Below, in pieces: positions 11,039-23,642 of a DNA stretch of 64,000 nucleotides. Origin of the DNA: TPA_inf: Saccharomyces (Eukaryota). Each line of letters opens with the position of its first letter. Within the stretch, counting starts at the first letter, position 1. The DNA lies in the NCBI GenBank assembly GCA_000146045.2, contig BK006938.2, positions 192,001 through 256,000 on the forward strand, written 5' to 3'. The notes below the pieces were generated by a model that saw nothing but the letters and a program-made list of their open reading frames with translations, ran no database searches and was not told the origin of the DNA. The position numbers were made by a program, and so were the translations under genes.

Positions 11039-13111
11039 ATGAATGTATTAGTCTATAATGGCCCAGGGACTACGCCAGGATCAGTTAAGCATGCTGTTGA
11101 AAGTTTACGTGACTTTTTGGAACCCTATTACGCCGTCAGTACTGTCAATGTTAAGGTATTACAGACAGAACCATGGATGTCAAAGACCTCCGCTGTAGTT
11201 TTTCCTGGTGGTGCCGATCTTCCTTACGTTCAAGCTTGTCAACCCATTATTTCTCGATTGAAACATTTTGTTAGCAAACAAGGTGGTGTCTTTATCGGAT
11301 TTTGTGCAGGAGGTTACTTTGGCACCAGCCGTGTAGAATTTGCTCAAGGTGACCCTACAATGGAAGTATCAGGAAGCAGGGATTTGCGATTCTTTCCGGG
11401 AACAAGCAGAGGACCTGCGTACAATGGATTTCAGTATAACAGCGAGGCCGGTGCACGTGCAGTTAAATTGAATCTTCCAGATGGCTCACAGTTCTCAACT
11501 TATTTCAATGGAGGAGCCGTTTTTGTTGATGCAGATAAATTTGATAATGTCGAGATCTTGGCCACGTACGCAGAACACCCGGATGTGCCTTCTTCTGACT
11601 CAGGAAAAGGTCAAAGTGAAAACCCAGCTGCTGTAGTGCTATGTACGGTCGGAAGAGGAAAGGTTTTACTCACTGGACCACACCCTGAATTCAACGTCCG
11701 TTTTATGAGGAAATCCACAGATAAGCATTTTCTTGAAACCGTTGTGGAAAACCTGAAAGCACAGGAAATCATGAGGTTGAAATTTATGAGAACGGTTCTT
11801 ACCAAAACTGGGTTGAATTGTAATAATGACTTCAATTATGTAAGAGCTCCAAATTTGACACCACTGTTTATGGCTAGTGCACCTAATAAGCGGAATTACT
11901 TGCAAGAAATGGAAAACAACTTAGCTCATCATGGAATGCATGCAAATAATGTTGAACTCTGCTCAGAATTAAACGCCGAAACTGACTCTTTCCAATTTTA
12001 TAGAGGCTATAGAGCCTCTTACGATGCAGCAAGTTCGTCCTTGCTTCATAAAGAGCCAGATGAGGTTCCTAAGACCGTAATATTTCCTGGCGTAGATGAA
12101 GATATTCCACCATTTCAATATACGCCCAATTTTGACATGAAAGAATACTTCAAGTATCTGAATGTTCAAAACACCATAGGTTCTTTACTTCTATATGGTG
12201 AAGTTGTTACATCAACGAGTACCATATTGAATAATAATAAATCCTTATTAAGTTCGATCCCTGAAAGCACTTTACTTCACGTGGGTACTATTCAGGTTTC
12301 TGGGCGTGGGAGAGGTGGTAACACTTGGATTAATCCTAAAGGTGTTTGCGCATCAACGGCCGTCGTAACAATGCCGCTTCAATCGCCTGTGACTAATCGA
12401 AATATATCAGTTGTTTTTGTCCAGTATCTTTCTATGCTTGCTTACTGTAAGGCGATACTTTCGTACGCTCCTGGATTTTCAGATATTCCTGTTAGGATCA
12501 AATGGCCCAATGACCTTTATGCTTTGAGCCCCACCTACTATAAGCGTAAAAACTTGAAATTGGTTAACACCGGTTTTGAGCATACAAAGTTGCCCTTAGG
12601 TGATATCGAGCCCGCTTATCTTAAGATCTCTGGTTTATTAGTTAATACCCACTTCATAAACAATAAATATTGTTTGCTACTTGGCTGTGGTATAAATTTG
12701 ACTAGTGATGGTCCTACAACTTCATTACAAACTTGGATTGATATCCTGAATGAAGAACGCCAACAATTACACCTTGATTTATTGCCAGCAATAAAGGCAG
12801 AAAAGCTGCAGGCACTCTATATGAATAACCTTGAGGTCATATTAAAACAGTTTATTAACTACGGAGCTGCGGAAATATTGCCAAGTTATTATGAGTTGTG
12901 GTTACATAGTAACCAAATAGTAACATTACCAGATCACGGAAATACGCAAGCCATGATTACTGGTATCACGGAAGACTACGGTTTACTGATTGCAAAAGAA
13001 TTGGTAAGCGGTAGTTCCACTCAATTTACAGGAAACGTTTATAATTTACAGCCGGACGGTAACACTTTTGATATCTTCAAGAGCTTAATTGCTAAAAAGG
13101 TTCAGAGTTAA
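11039..13111 (+). CDS. BPL1: Biotin:apoprotein ligase, 690 aa
   Basis: The track ORF (759 aa) starts at a non-ATG codon. The first ATG is at 11039 ([15 protein letters not shown]...) and gives 690 aa, matching BPL1 (YDL141W). The C-terminal half has BirA-like catalytic-domain features (GRGRGGNTW). Confidence 0.9.
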
Positions 13112-13359
13112 GAGTCTACCACTTGAAGCTTAGAAGTTGGACGGACGTAATTTAAATGCATTTACTAGCGCCGTTGGTTTTCCCAATGCTCTGCGGATAT
13201 AAATTAGTTACTTGATTCCCTATCCCTACCATAATGCTATGAAAAATAATGGTATATTTGGTATACGTTTTTATTATGATACAAAAATAAACTAGAAATA
13301 TTATTTGAGAAACTATATATAATGTAATAACGTCAAATACGTAAGGATGATATACTATA

Positions 13360-16300
13360 TCATCTGGAATTTTCATTTTCATTATGCTTTTGTTCGTCTT
13401 GCTTTGGAGAATATGCAGGAGATCCTGGGCTGTAGCCTGGAGATGTTGGGGAGTAAGAAGGTGAAGTAGGGCTATAGTTTGGAGAGGTGGGAGAGTAAGA
13501 AGGTGATGTTGGGGAATAGGATGGTGATGTTGGAGAGTATGAAGGCGATGTAGGACTATAACTTGGTGATGTTGGGGAATAGGCTGGAGACGTTGGGCTG
13601 TAACTTGGTGACGTTGGGCTGTAACTTGGTGACGTAGGAGAGTATGATGGAGATGTAGGAGAATAAGAAGGAGACGTAGGGCTGTAGCTTGGCGACGTGG
13701 GAGAGTAGGAAGGCGACGTTGGCGAATACGATGGTGACGTTGGAGAATACGATGGCGACGTTGGCGAATATGATGGTGACGTTGGCGAATATGATGGTGA
13801 CGTTGGTGAATACGATGGTGATGTAGGTGAGTACGATGGTGATGTTGGCGAGTACGATGGTGATGTTGGTGAGTACGATGGTGATGTTGGTGAGTACGCT
13901 GGAGAGGTAGGAGAGTATGTTGGGGAAGTTGGAGAAAAGCCTGGTGAGGAGACTCCAAATCCGGGAGATGTAGGTGCTTCACCATAAGCACCAAATGGAG
14001 ACGTGGCTTCACCATAATCAGCACCACCGTACGCTGTAAATCCTCCAGCCATAGCGTCATTTGAACCCGAATCAACCAGAGGTGAAAACATTAGCTCATC
14101 TTTAACGTCAAGATCTGCATTGACCAAACCACTTTCGTTACTGTATGGTGTGACGCCACCATCTTGTCCGTCTTCAATCTCAGTTATTTTTTGTTCTGGC
14201 ATGTATTTTACCAGTGACTCCTCATCGATCATCACATCAAATGCACCGGTACCGATTGGAGCCATTTGACCAAGAATGACATTTTCCGAAACACCACGAC
14301 AATCATCTAATTCGGCTGAAGCACCAGCTTCAAACAAAATTTCGACAGTTTCTTCAAATGAACATCTCATTAAGGCACCTGTATTTGATCTGTTGAAACC
14401 ATGACGAGTAACAGAAGTTAAGCCACCTTGGGTTGTCATAACATCGACTAACAAAGCCATATGACGGTAGTTAACATACGAACCATCAGAAGCAATAACA
14501 TTGTAAACTTCTTTATACAAGGCTGCACGACCAGCTTCAATACCTAGAACTTCCATTATATCAATGAAGGAGTTGGTATAGATTCTGGTTGGGTCGATAC
14601 CAGGAACAGTCATAACTTCAGATAAGTTAACACCATCTGTTTCCAACACCCATTCAGGTTCCTTAACGTATTCACCAGTTGGACTTGGTACTTTACGGTC
14701 ATATTTCATCATGACAACACGCTCGATGTTCTCTACACCACGTAATGTAATATTCTCTAACATTGTGTTCTCAATTTTCTTCAACATATGATCTTCTTCT
14801 GCTTCAGTCTCAGCATCTAGTGACTTTGGACGAACAACACGACAACGGATGATCAACTTCTCATCGTTGTCTTCAGACCAGATAACAAACAAATCATTTT
14901 TGAATGTTTGCTTGATTCTTTCACCAACCTGACCCATTGTTAAGTCTTTATCATTCATTGCTGCACGATCCAGTTCCAGACGTAATAACCAAGGTGATTG
15001 TTGGTCAAAAGATTGTTCAGCCTCTTCATCCAATAATGAGAAATGAAGTTGGATAATTTCTTCATCTTCTGGAATAACTGTGGAACGTGGATCAGGATCA
15101 TAGTAAATTTCTGAAGCAATAGTGACACTCTTTAAAGTGGTATGCTCGATAGCAGATCTGATCAACTTCGCTTGTTCTTGATCGGCAGCATGACCAGGCT
15201 CTAAGTATACAGTCAAGGAAGGGGTTTTCATGTTTTTGGCCACATTCAAAATTTCCTTTAAACGGGGGACACCAGAAGTAACTTTTTTGGAAGCAACACC
15301 AGCAAAATGGAAGGTGTTAAGGGTCATTTGTGTGGCTGGTTCACCAATGGATTGGGCTGCTAGAACACCAACCATTTCACCAGGGTGAACAACAGAACGG
15401 AGGAATTGTGCCTCGATATTACTTAATACCCAATCGAATGCCTGTTTTGTTAGTCTGTACTCTTGTAGAACTCTACGTGTGGCCAAACGGGAACGTAATA
15501 AACAGCAGAACAATGTAACTGCATCTCGCTGGGCATTTTGTATAATTTCATTCTTACCACGCAACACTAATAAGTTTTCTTGCAAATCCTTTACACCAAG
15601 AACGATGTCTTTGATTGTTAAATCAGATGGTTTCGTATGATCTATGTGGAAAGTTTGTTGAGCATTTTGAATAATACGTCTTATGTTGACTGGTAATGGC
15701 CAGTTTGCTTCACCATCAACAAAAACTTCCCTCAAAAATTTACGATCTTTCACTAATTGTTTGTATTCTTCATCCAGGAGAACTTGAAGTTTCAAATCGC
15801 CAAGTATCTCAGATCCGGATTCCAATAGTGAGGGATCAAGGGTATGGTCTGTATTCAATAAATCAACTCTGTATCTCTTTTCAAAAGCTGCATCGGAGCC
15901 ACCAATAGTATCTAGCGATTGCTTTTCAATATGCGCAGCATCCATACCATCTTCACCATAAATAAACTGAATAACGTTACCCAATGAGTTTCTTGTGGTG
16001 TTATCGTAATGAACCATGATATCTTCTAGAGCTTTCACTAAACGACGTTGAATATAACCTGTTTCGGCTGTTTTGACGGCGGTATCGATAAGACCTTCAC
16101 GACCACCCATTGCATGGAAAAAAAATTCTTGTGGGGTCAAACCTCTCAAATATGAGTTCTCAACAAAACCTTTAGACTCTGGGGAGTAATCATCTTTAGA
16201 GAAATGAGGTAAGGTACGATCAACGAACCCAAAAGCAATACGTTTACCTTCAACAGATTGCTGTCCTACACAAGCTGACATTTGCGCGATATTAATAAAT

Positions 16301-18561
16301 GAACCCTTGGAACCTGCCATAACCATTTGTTTCACATTGTTCAAATCTTTCAAATTGACTTCAGCTAAACGACCTGCCTTATCTCTTGCTTCATTTAGGA
16401 ACCGAACAACGTTATCCTCAAAAGACTCACGGAGAGTCATACCATGTTTAGCAGTCAATAAGTTTGCCTGGGCTTCTTTCGTAACATCCAAAACTTTCTT
16501 TTTAGCCTCTGCAATTGTCTCTGTAATTTCCCTCATTGTTGGGCCGTCCGCAATGGTATCACCAATACCTGTTGAAAACCCATTATGTAGTAACCAAAAG
16601 TTAACAACTTTCTGTATGTTACCAAACAACTTAGCACAAACTTGAGGTCCCTTTTCTCTCGTAACAACATGAATTAAACCACCATTGGAGGAACCAACGG
16701 TTTTTTTCTCTACTACACCAAAAATGATTTGACCGTCAATAATAAGCATACCATTATCCTTTGGAGAAAGCAGAGTAGTGCCCTCATCAAAACGTTGTAA
16801 ATGAATACCGTTTGGGATAGCCACAGACAAGATTTGTTTACCGGACCACAAAGGTTTGGGCTTGATAATTGCAGGTGTCGGAATAACACCATCCCAATCT
16901 GGAACCCAATAAAGCATATTCAAAACTTGATCAAGTTCTATAAATGTATCTCTTAATGTCAGTTTACGAATACCACACAAAGTATCTTGAACAATACCCA
17001 TACAAGGTTTGTTAGATTGTGGTGAAACAATTTGCAGAGGAACAGCACATAATTGAGAAAGTTCCGCCCTTGTTTCCTCAGACTGAGGAACGTGAAGATT
17101 CATTTCGTCACCGTCGAAATCGGCATTGTATGGAGATGTAACGGACAAATTCAATCTAAATGTAGAATATGGAATAACTTTTACTCTGTGGGCCATCATG
17201 GACATTTTGTGCAACGAAGGTTGACGGTTGAATAAAACTGGATCATTGTCCATAATATGACGTTCAACTTTCCACCCATACTGTAATTGAATATCACCTG
17301 CCCTTTTACTGTATCTTAAATCTATACGGTCTCCGCTATCACGAATGACGTATTTGGCACCGGGGTGCTCATTTGGTCCATTCCTAACAAGTTGCGTCAG
17401 ACGATCTATGTTATATGGTGTGACCACTTCTGGGTATGTTAAAGTCTTGGCAATAGATTTTGGAACACCGACTTGGTCTAATTCCAAATTAGGATCACCA
17501 GAAATAACAGTTCTTGCCGAAAAATCCACACGCTTACCCATTAAATTACCTCTGATACGACCCTCTTTACCCTTCAAACGAGCACGAATAGATTTAACGG
17601 GACGGCCGGACTTTTGAAGAGCTTGTGGTTGACCAGCAATATCATTATCCATATAAGTGGCAACATGAAATTGTAATAAACTCTCTGCTTCTTCAATAGC
17701 ATGATGTGGAGCACCGTTATGCTCTAGTGTTTCCAAACTAATATTAGCTTTTAAAATATCAGCAAGTTTAAAGGTTAAATCATCCTCACCTCTTTGAGAT
17801 TCATTGAAGGAAATGGATGGACGCACCGGTGGTGGTGGGACAGGAAGGCATGTTAAAATCATCCATTCTGGACGAGAAAAAACTTCGTTGAAACCCAAAC
17901 TAGTGAAGTCTTTTACTGAGATATGCTTAAAAATATTCAAGATTTCCTCCGTACTTAAAACTCTTAGTTCTGGTTCATCCGCATCCCCCGTGGCTCTATC
18001 TTTTTTCCAACTACCAACTAATTTCAACCCATCCTTACGAATTGTAGGCTGTGTATTACCACAACCTCCCCTTGATACGAGCTGAGTAGGATCATCTTCA
18101 GAAGGGACATCTGTTTCGCAGACCATTTTTGTTTTACATAAAGTCCAAATTGCAGCAAACCTTTTTTTACTGTCTTTGATTGCTAGAGCTTGTCTCATTA
18201 ATTCATTATGTTCATCCAGTAATAGCTTACCACAGTGCATACAGACACACTCACATACTTTCTTAATTTTGGCAATAAAACCAACATGAAATACAGGTTT
18301 TGCTAAATCTATGTGACCAAAATGACCAGGACATTCGTTCATACCCTCTTGACAAGTTTGACACTTCAGATTACGATCAATAGAGCCTAACCTAGGGTCG
18401 TTTAGACCACCAATTTTCGCTCTCGTCTGGGTTTCATCCATTGTCTCTGGAAATCTAATTTTGGCCACACTGATTGCTCTAACTTCTTCAGGTGAGAAAA
18501 GACCGAATTGGACCTCTTTTACTGTACGGAGTGGAGCACTAGAATACTGTTGTCCTACCAT
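13360..18561 (-). CDS. RPO21: RNA polymerase II largest subunit Rpb1, 1733 aa, with C-terminal YSPTSPS heptad-repeat domain
   Basis: Starts [43 protein letters not shown]... and carries the [10 protein letters not shown] metal-binding motif. The C-terminus holds about 26 YSPTSPS heptads ending ...[19 protein letters not shown] at 18559-18561. Confidence 0.98.
13395..13960 (-). repeat. Tandem 21-bp coding repeats (about 26 copies) encoding the Rpb1 CTD heptads
   Basis: The plus strand shows repeated units such as ggagaatacgatggcgacgtt and ggtgagtacgatggtgatgtt. Their reverse complement reads TCx CCA ACx TCx CCA TCG TAC (SPTSPSY). Units differ by synonymous changes. Confidence 0.95.
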
Positions 18562-19374
18562 GTCTGATTTATATTTTGGGGTAAAGTGTTATTGCTATCT
18601 TTATGATTGGTCCCTCTTCTGGAAAAAGAAAAGGTAAAATTTTTTTGAAATTTGGTTAACAAGGATAGAAAGTAAAAAATGGTAAATTTTTTTTTTTGGA
18701 GTTTCTAGTTGAGGTTTTTATAATTATATTATTATTAACAGAGTTTGATTTCTTAGTCAAATATTCTGGTAGATAAACTTGAGGATATCGTATTTCAAAA
18801 TTAATCTGGAATGAAAAAAAAAACCTCTTATAATACAGTAGTTTTAGTTTTCCTTGAAAGTTGATCAGGGAATTCGCTAGGAAAACTTATGCAGAAAAGC
18901 AAATATAAACAAATGGTTAACTTTGGAGGGTTTTTATCTGTTTATATCGATCCTGTTCAAATTTTATTGGAAAATGAAAGGAATAAAAAAAAATGGAAGA
19001 TAAAACTAACAAAGAGAGTCGATCAGAACAACACAGATATGATTTCAGTTAATGAACGAATCGGATGTTCTTATGATACCTCTGTGAGAGCAATTAATGT
19101 TCTTGCTGCACTCTAAAGGACGATACAAAGCTGGCGGTGAATGGTGCTGCACGCTCTTCTTGTTTGTCCACTTGTTGCCACTGAACAAACTAAGGAGAAC
19201 CGACGGTCGAAATGAAAAAAAAAAAATGTTTAAAACCGACAATCGTCTTTAGTGAGTAAAGTCATGCGGGTAATGGAGGTCCGGGTTACCGTATGATAGT
19301 CCCTAATATAGACTCATATATATATATATATATTCTGATGGTAATGAAATTCGAATATACGGCATTTTAGCACC

Positions 19375-20046
19375 TTAATCTCGTAATATCCTTTTCGAGA
19401 GTTTGGCCTCGTACTTCTTGAAATCTGCGTCTATCAATTTCTCGTCTTTTTCCTCTTCAGTGTCGTTGTCAGCATCCACCTCTGAATCGCTTGCCTCGCT
19501 ATCGTTAGCCCAAAGAGTATATTCATCATTTTTATCACCATCTTCCTCGTCGCTGATGTCGATAATGTCTCTGAGCACGCTTGTGTATTTTGTTCTTTTA
19601 TCTTTCGTGCTGTTGTTGGCCGTCAGCGTCTTGATATGCCCATTATCTTCAACTATTTCACCAGTTTTCAGGTCTACGAGGTCTCCTTGTTCTTCAATAG
19701 ACTCGTATTTGCTTATGATGTTGGACCACACTTTTCTCATGTTTTCGTCTGCTAGTTTGTGGCGCTCCATGACTTCATCATCGGTTAGTTTAGGGATGAT
19801 GTGGTTTTCCTTGGACATTATATACACATGACCATTTCTTTCAGCAATTGGCCGTGAAATTCCATCGTCCTTTTTGGTCTTCCGTTTTTCGATATTTGGC
19901 GGATATACTCGATGAACAGGATTGCAATCGCTATGTTTTCGTATTTTGGACTCACTCTTCTTGCCGGACTCTTTCAATAGTCCTTTTAAGGCACCATGGA
20001 GATTTTTCAGGCTTCTTCTTTTAGAAATTTTCTTATTGGTTTTCAT
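19375..20046 (-). CDS. SCM3: Scm3, CENP-A(Cse4) chaperone (HJURP orthologue), 223 aa from ATG at 20046
   Basis: Translation MKTNKKISKRRSLKNLHGALKGLL... with an acidic DE-rich C-terminus. 223 aa matches the literature length. An in-frame upstream ATG at 20116-20118 would add 24 residues (see findings). Confidence 0.85.
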   Translation of the reverse strand: MKTNKKISKRRSLKNLHGALKGLLKESGKKSESKIRKHSDCNPVHRVYPPNIEKRKTKKDDGISRPIAERNGHVYIMSKENHIIPKLTDDEVMERHKLADENMRKVWSNIISKYESIEEQGDLVDLKTGEIVEDNGHIKTLTANNSTKDKRTKYTSVLRDIIDISDEEDGDKNDEYTLWANDSEASDSEVDADNDTEEEKDEKLIDADFKKYEAKLSKRILRD

Positions 20047-20440
20047 CCTTCTGTTAATTTGTAGTGGAGGCGTCGATATGCTGTATCCCACTTTTTGTTT
20101 ATATATCATCTGATCCATTAGCTGAAAAATCGCGGTACTGAAGCTTTTTTCATGGCGCCCTTGAAACTTTCTCCTTCCGCCTGCGCATTATATAAAATAC
20201 GTTACAATAGGAAAAGATGACAGTTACTTAAAGTAAAGCTTCACAGCTTCAGACAAAAAAAGTATGAAACTTGTGAAGATGTTTTTATGCTGATCCGGCA
20301 GACGGCCATTCCATTATTTAGTTCTGATTTTAGTGGAAAAACTTTCGAAACTTAAAATAATAATAGCCCATTCTTGGACTGAGGTACATTTTCTTCTTAT
20401 TGGATTTCGTTTATTAGCTGTTTAACATATTTCTGTAGGG

Positions 20441-20457
20441 TTTTTTTTTTTTTTTTT
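20441..20457. repeat. Poly(dT)17 homopolymer in the SCM3-RGT2 intergenic region
   Basis: gggttttttttttttttttgtac. Further T9 and T8 runs follow at 20530-20550. Confidence 0.95.
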
Positions 20458-20579
20458 GTACAGATTAGAAACCATACAGTGTAAACCATTATATAGGTCA
20501 ATTAATATATTTATAGATCATCCTGTCAATTTTTTTTTATTTTTTTTTGCAAAGCTCCCTTTTTCCTGAAACCAACAAC

Positions 20580-20590
20580 AAAATATAAAA
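20580..20590 (-). promoter_or_regulatory. 11/11 match to the ARS consensus sequence (TTTTATATTTT on the minus strand); candidate replication origin, possibly ARS413
   Basis: Plus-strand aaaatataaaa, embedded in an AT-rich, poly(dT)-containing intergenic region of about 1.3 kb. My recollection is that an annotated ARS lies between SCM3 and RGT2. Confidence 0.3.
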
Positions 20591-21350
20591 AAAAAATGAT
20601 AAGCAGGATTTTTTCTTTTAATAATTCCTTAAAATTAACTAACAAGCTGAAGCCCTTACAACAAAGTAAGTCAAACCCAATTCACAAAAAAAAAATCTGT
20701 TTTATTTCAGATATGCAGGGTATATACATGGCACAGATAACCTTTTAATGAAAAGTAGCAATTGTGATACTAGCGCCTTTTTCCTTGCAAGAAAAGGGTT
20801 CCCTGTTCCTGCATCGTCCATCGGCATAGAGATGTCGCCGCTACCCTATCCAATTCTACCGCATGCCTAACAAAATGATTTCCGATTTTTTCAATCTAAC
20901 TCCGTCATTTCTTATCTGAGTTTTCCTCCCCGAGATAAATTGAACAAAGAATTTAATCGGCTCATATGTGAAAAAGTGTGATACTTACCGCAATGGGCAA
21001 AAATTATTAAAAAAAATCTAATTCCGCGCTTGGCTATTATCTCATTACCGACTCAACGGTGACTACCTGCCGTACACGCTTCCCCTTTGCTTCTTCCTCC
21101 ACCTCGAAAGTAGAACATATACATGGAACAGACATAAGCTCTTCAGCGTATCTATTTCATAAGTGGAGAGCATCGAACAATAAACCTTTGCCTAATTTCA
21201 TATAACATCCAGTATTCATTTTTTTTAGTTGACGCTAAGGCATTCGCTTGTGAAATTAAAGAGCAGATCAGGAATAGTATCAATAGTCTAAACCATCAAG
21301 TTGCACAGAAACCACTATATATATATGGAAATATCTCGAATATTGCTTGT

Positions 21351-23642
21351 ATGAACGATAGCCAAAACTGCCTACGACAGAGGGAAGAAAATAGTCATCT
21401 GAATCCTGGAAATGACTTCGGCCACCACCAGGGTGCAGAATGTACGATAAATCATAACAACATGCCACACCGCAATGCATACACAGAATCTACGAATGAC
21501 ACGGAAGCAAAGTCCATAGTGATGTGCGACGATCCTAACGCATACCAAATTTCCTACACAAATAATGAGCCGGCGGGAGATGGAGCTATAGAAACCACGT
21601 CCATTCTACTATCGCAACCGCTGCCGCTGCGATCGAATGTGATGTCTGTCTTGGTAGGCATATTTGTTGCCGTGGGGGGCTTCTTGTTTGGGTATGACAC
21701 TGGACTTATAAACAGTATCACGGATATGCCGTATGTTAAAACCTACATTGCTCCGAACCATTCATATTTCACCACTAGCCAAATAGCCATACTCGTATCA
21801 TTCCTCTCCCTAGGAACATTTTTCGGTGCGTTAATCGCTCCCTATATTTCAGATTCATATGGTAGGAAGCCAACAATTATGTTTAGTACCGCTGTTATCT
21901 TTTCCATCGGAAACTCATTACAGGTGGCATCCGGTGGCTTGGTGCTATTAATCGTCGGAAGAGTGATCTCAGGTATCGGGATCGGGATAATCTCTGCTGT
22001 GGTTCCTCTTTATCAAGCTGAAGCTGCGCAGAAGAACCTTAGAGGTGCCATCATTTCCAGTTATCAGTGGGCTATCACTATTGGGTTACTCGTGTCCAGT
22101 GCAGTATCGCAAGGAACTCATTCCAAAAATGGCCCGTCTTCATATAGAATACCAATTGGTTTGCAGTACGTTTGGTCAAGTATTTTAGCTGTGGGCATGA
22201 TATTCCTTCCAGAGAGTCCAAGATATTACGTCTTGAAGGATGAACTCAATAAAGCTGCAAAATCGTTATCCTTTTTAAGAGGCCTCCCGATCGAAGATCC
22301 AAGACTCTTAGAGGAGCTTGTTGAAATAAAAGCCACTTACGATTATGAAGCATCGTTCGGCCCGTCAACACTTTTAGATTGTTTCAAAACAAGTGAAAAT
22401 AGACCCAAACAGATTTTACGAATATTTACTGGTATCGCCATACAAGCTTTTCAACAGGCATCTGGTATCAATTTTATATTCTACTATGGAGTTAATTTTT
22501 TCAACAACACAGGGGTGGACAACTCTTACTTGGTTTCTTTTATCAGCTATGCCGTCAACGTCGCCTTCAGTATACCGGGTATGTATTTAGTGGATCGAAT
22601 TGGTAGAAGACCAGTCCTTCTTGCTGGAGGTGTCATAATGGCAATAGCAAATTTAGTCATTGCCATCGTTGGTGTTTCCGAGGGAAAAACTGTTGTTGCT
22701 AGTAAAATTATGATTGCTTTTATATGCCTTTTCATTGCTGCATTTTCGGCGACATGGGGTGGTGTCGTGTGGGTGGTATCTGCTGAACTGTACCCACTTG
22801 GTGTCAGATCGAAATGTACCGCCATATGCGCTGCCGCAAATTGGCTAGTTAATTTCACCTGTGCCCTGATTACACCTTACATTGTTGATGTCGGATCACA
22901 CACTTCTTCAATGGGGCCCAAAATATTCTTCATTTGGGGCGGCTTAAATGTCGTGGCCGTTATCGTTGTTTATTTCGCTGTTTATGAAACGAGGGGATTG
23001 ACTTTGGAAGAGATTGACGAGTTATTTAGAAAGGCCCCAAATAGCGTCATTTCTAGCAAATGGAACAAAAAAATAAGGAAAAGGTGCTTAGCCTTTCCCA
23101 TTTCACAACAAATAGAGATGAAAACTAATATCAAGAACGCTGGAAAGTTGGACAACAACAACAGTCCAATTGTACAGGATGACAGCCACAACATAATCGA
23201 TGTGGATGGATTCTTGGAGAACCAAATACAGTCCAATGATCATATGATTGCGGCGGATAAAGGAAGTGGCTCGTTAGTAAACATCATCGATACTGCCCCC
23301 CTAACATCTACAGAGTTTAAACCCGTGGAACATCCGCCAGTAAATTACGTCGACTTGGGGAATGGTTTGGGTCTGAATACATACAATAGAGGTCCTCCTT
23401 CTATCATTTCTGACTCTACTGATGAGTTCTATGAGGAAAATGACTCTTCTTATTACAATAACAACACTGAACGAAATGGAGCTAACAGCGTCAATACATA
23501 TATGGCTCAACTAATCAATAGCTCATCTACTACAAGCAACGACACATCGTTCTCTCCATCACACAATAGCAATGCAAGAACGTCCTCTAATTGGACGAGT
23601 GACCTCGCTAGTAAGCACAGCCAATACACTTCCCCCCAATAA
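21351..23642 (+). CDS. RGT2: Rgt2, low-affinity plasma-membrane glucose sensor (hexose-transporter-like, long C-terminal signalling tail), 763 aa
   Basis: ATG at 21351. 12-TM sugar-porter fold (GRR/PESPRY motifs) followed by a tail of about 200 aa rich in N/S. Length matches YDL138W. Confidence 0.93.
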   Translation: MNDSQNCLRQREENSHLNPGNDFGHHQGAECTINHNNMPHRNAYTESTNDTEAKSIVMCDDPNAYQISYTNNEPAGDGAIETTSILLSQPLPLRSNVMSVLVGIFVAVGGFLFGYDTGLINSITDMPYVKTYIAPNHSYFTTSQIAILVSFLSLGTFFGALIAPYISDSYGRKPTIMFSTAVIFSIGNSLQVASGGLVLLIVGRVISGIGIGIISAVVPLYQAEAAQKNLRGAIISSYQWAITIGLLVSSAVSQGTHSKNGPSSYRIPIGLQYVWSSILAVGMIFLPESPRYYVLKDELNKAAKSLSFLRGLPIEDPRLLEELVEIKATYDYEASFGPSTLLDCFKTSENRPKQILRIFTGIAIQAFQQASGINFIFYYGVNFFNNTGVDNSYLVSFISYAVNVAFSIPGMYLVDRIGRRPVLLAGGVIMAIANLVIAIVGVSEGKTVVASKIMIAFICLFIAAFSATWGGVVWVVSAELYPLGVRSKCTAICAAANWLVNFTCALITPYIVDVGSHTSSMGPKIFFIWGGLNVVAVIVVYFAVYETRGLTLEEIDELFRKAPNSVISSKWNKKIRKRCLAFPISQQIEMKTNIKNAGKLDNNNSPIVQDDSHNIIDVDGFLENQIQSNDHMIAADKGSGSLVNIIDTAPLTSTEFKPVEHPPVNYVDLGNGLGLNTYNRGPPSIISDSTDEFYEENDSSYYNNNTERNGANSVNTYMAQLINSSSTTSNDTSFSPSHNSNARTSSNWTSDLASKHSQYTSPQ

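Noticed and set aside
13152-14075. 307-aa His/Gln/Arg-rich ORF on the minus strand ([17 protein letters not shown]...), superficially an exotic repetitive protein
   Set aside because: It is the +1/+2 frame reading of the same 21-bp tandem repeats that encode the Rpb1 CTD, on the same strand and overlapping the RPO21 3' end. Any periodic DNA gives open alternative frames. There is no independent start context or signal.
18889-19116. 75-aa plus-strand ORF between RPO21 and SCM3 (MQKSKYKQMVNFGGF...)
   Set aside because: It lies in the RPO21 promoter region, is rich in poly(A)-tract-derived Lys codons, and has no support. Treated as spurious.
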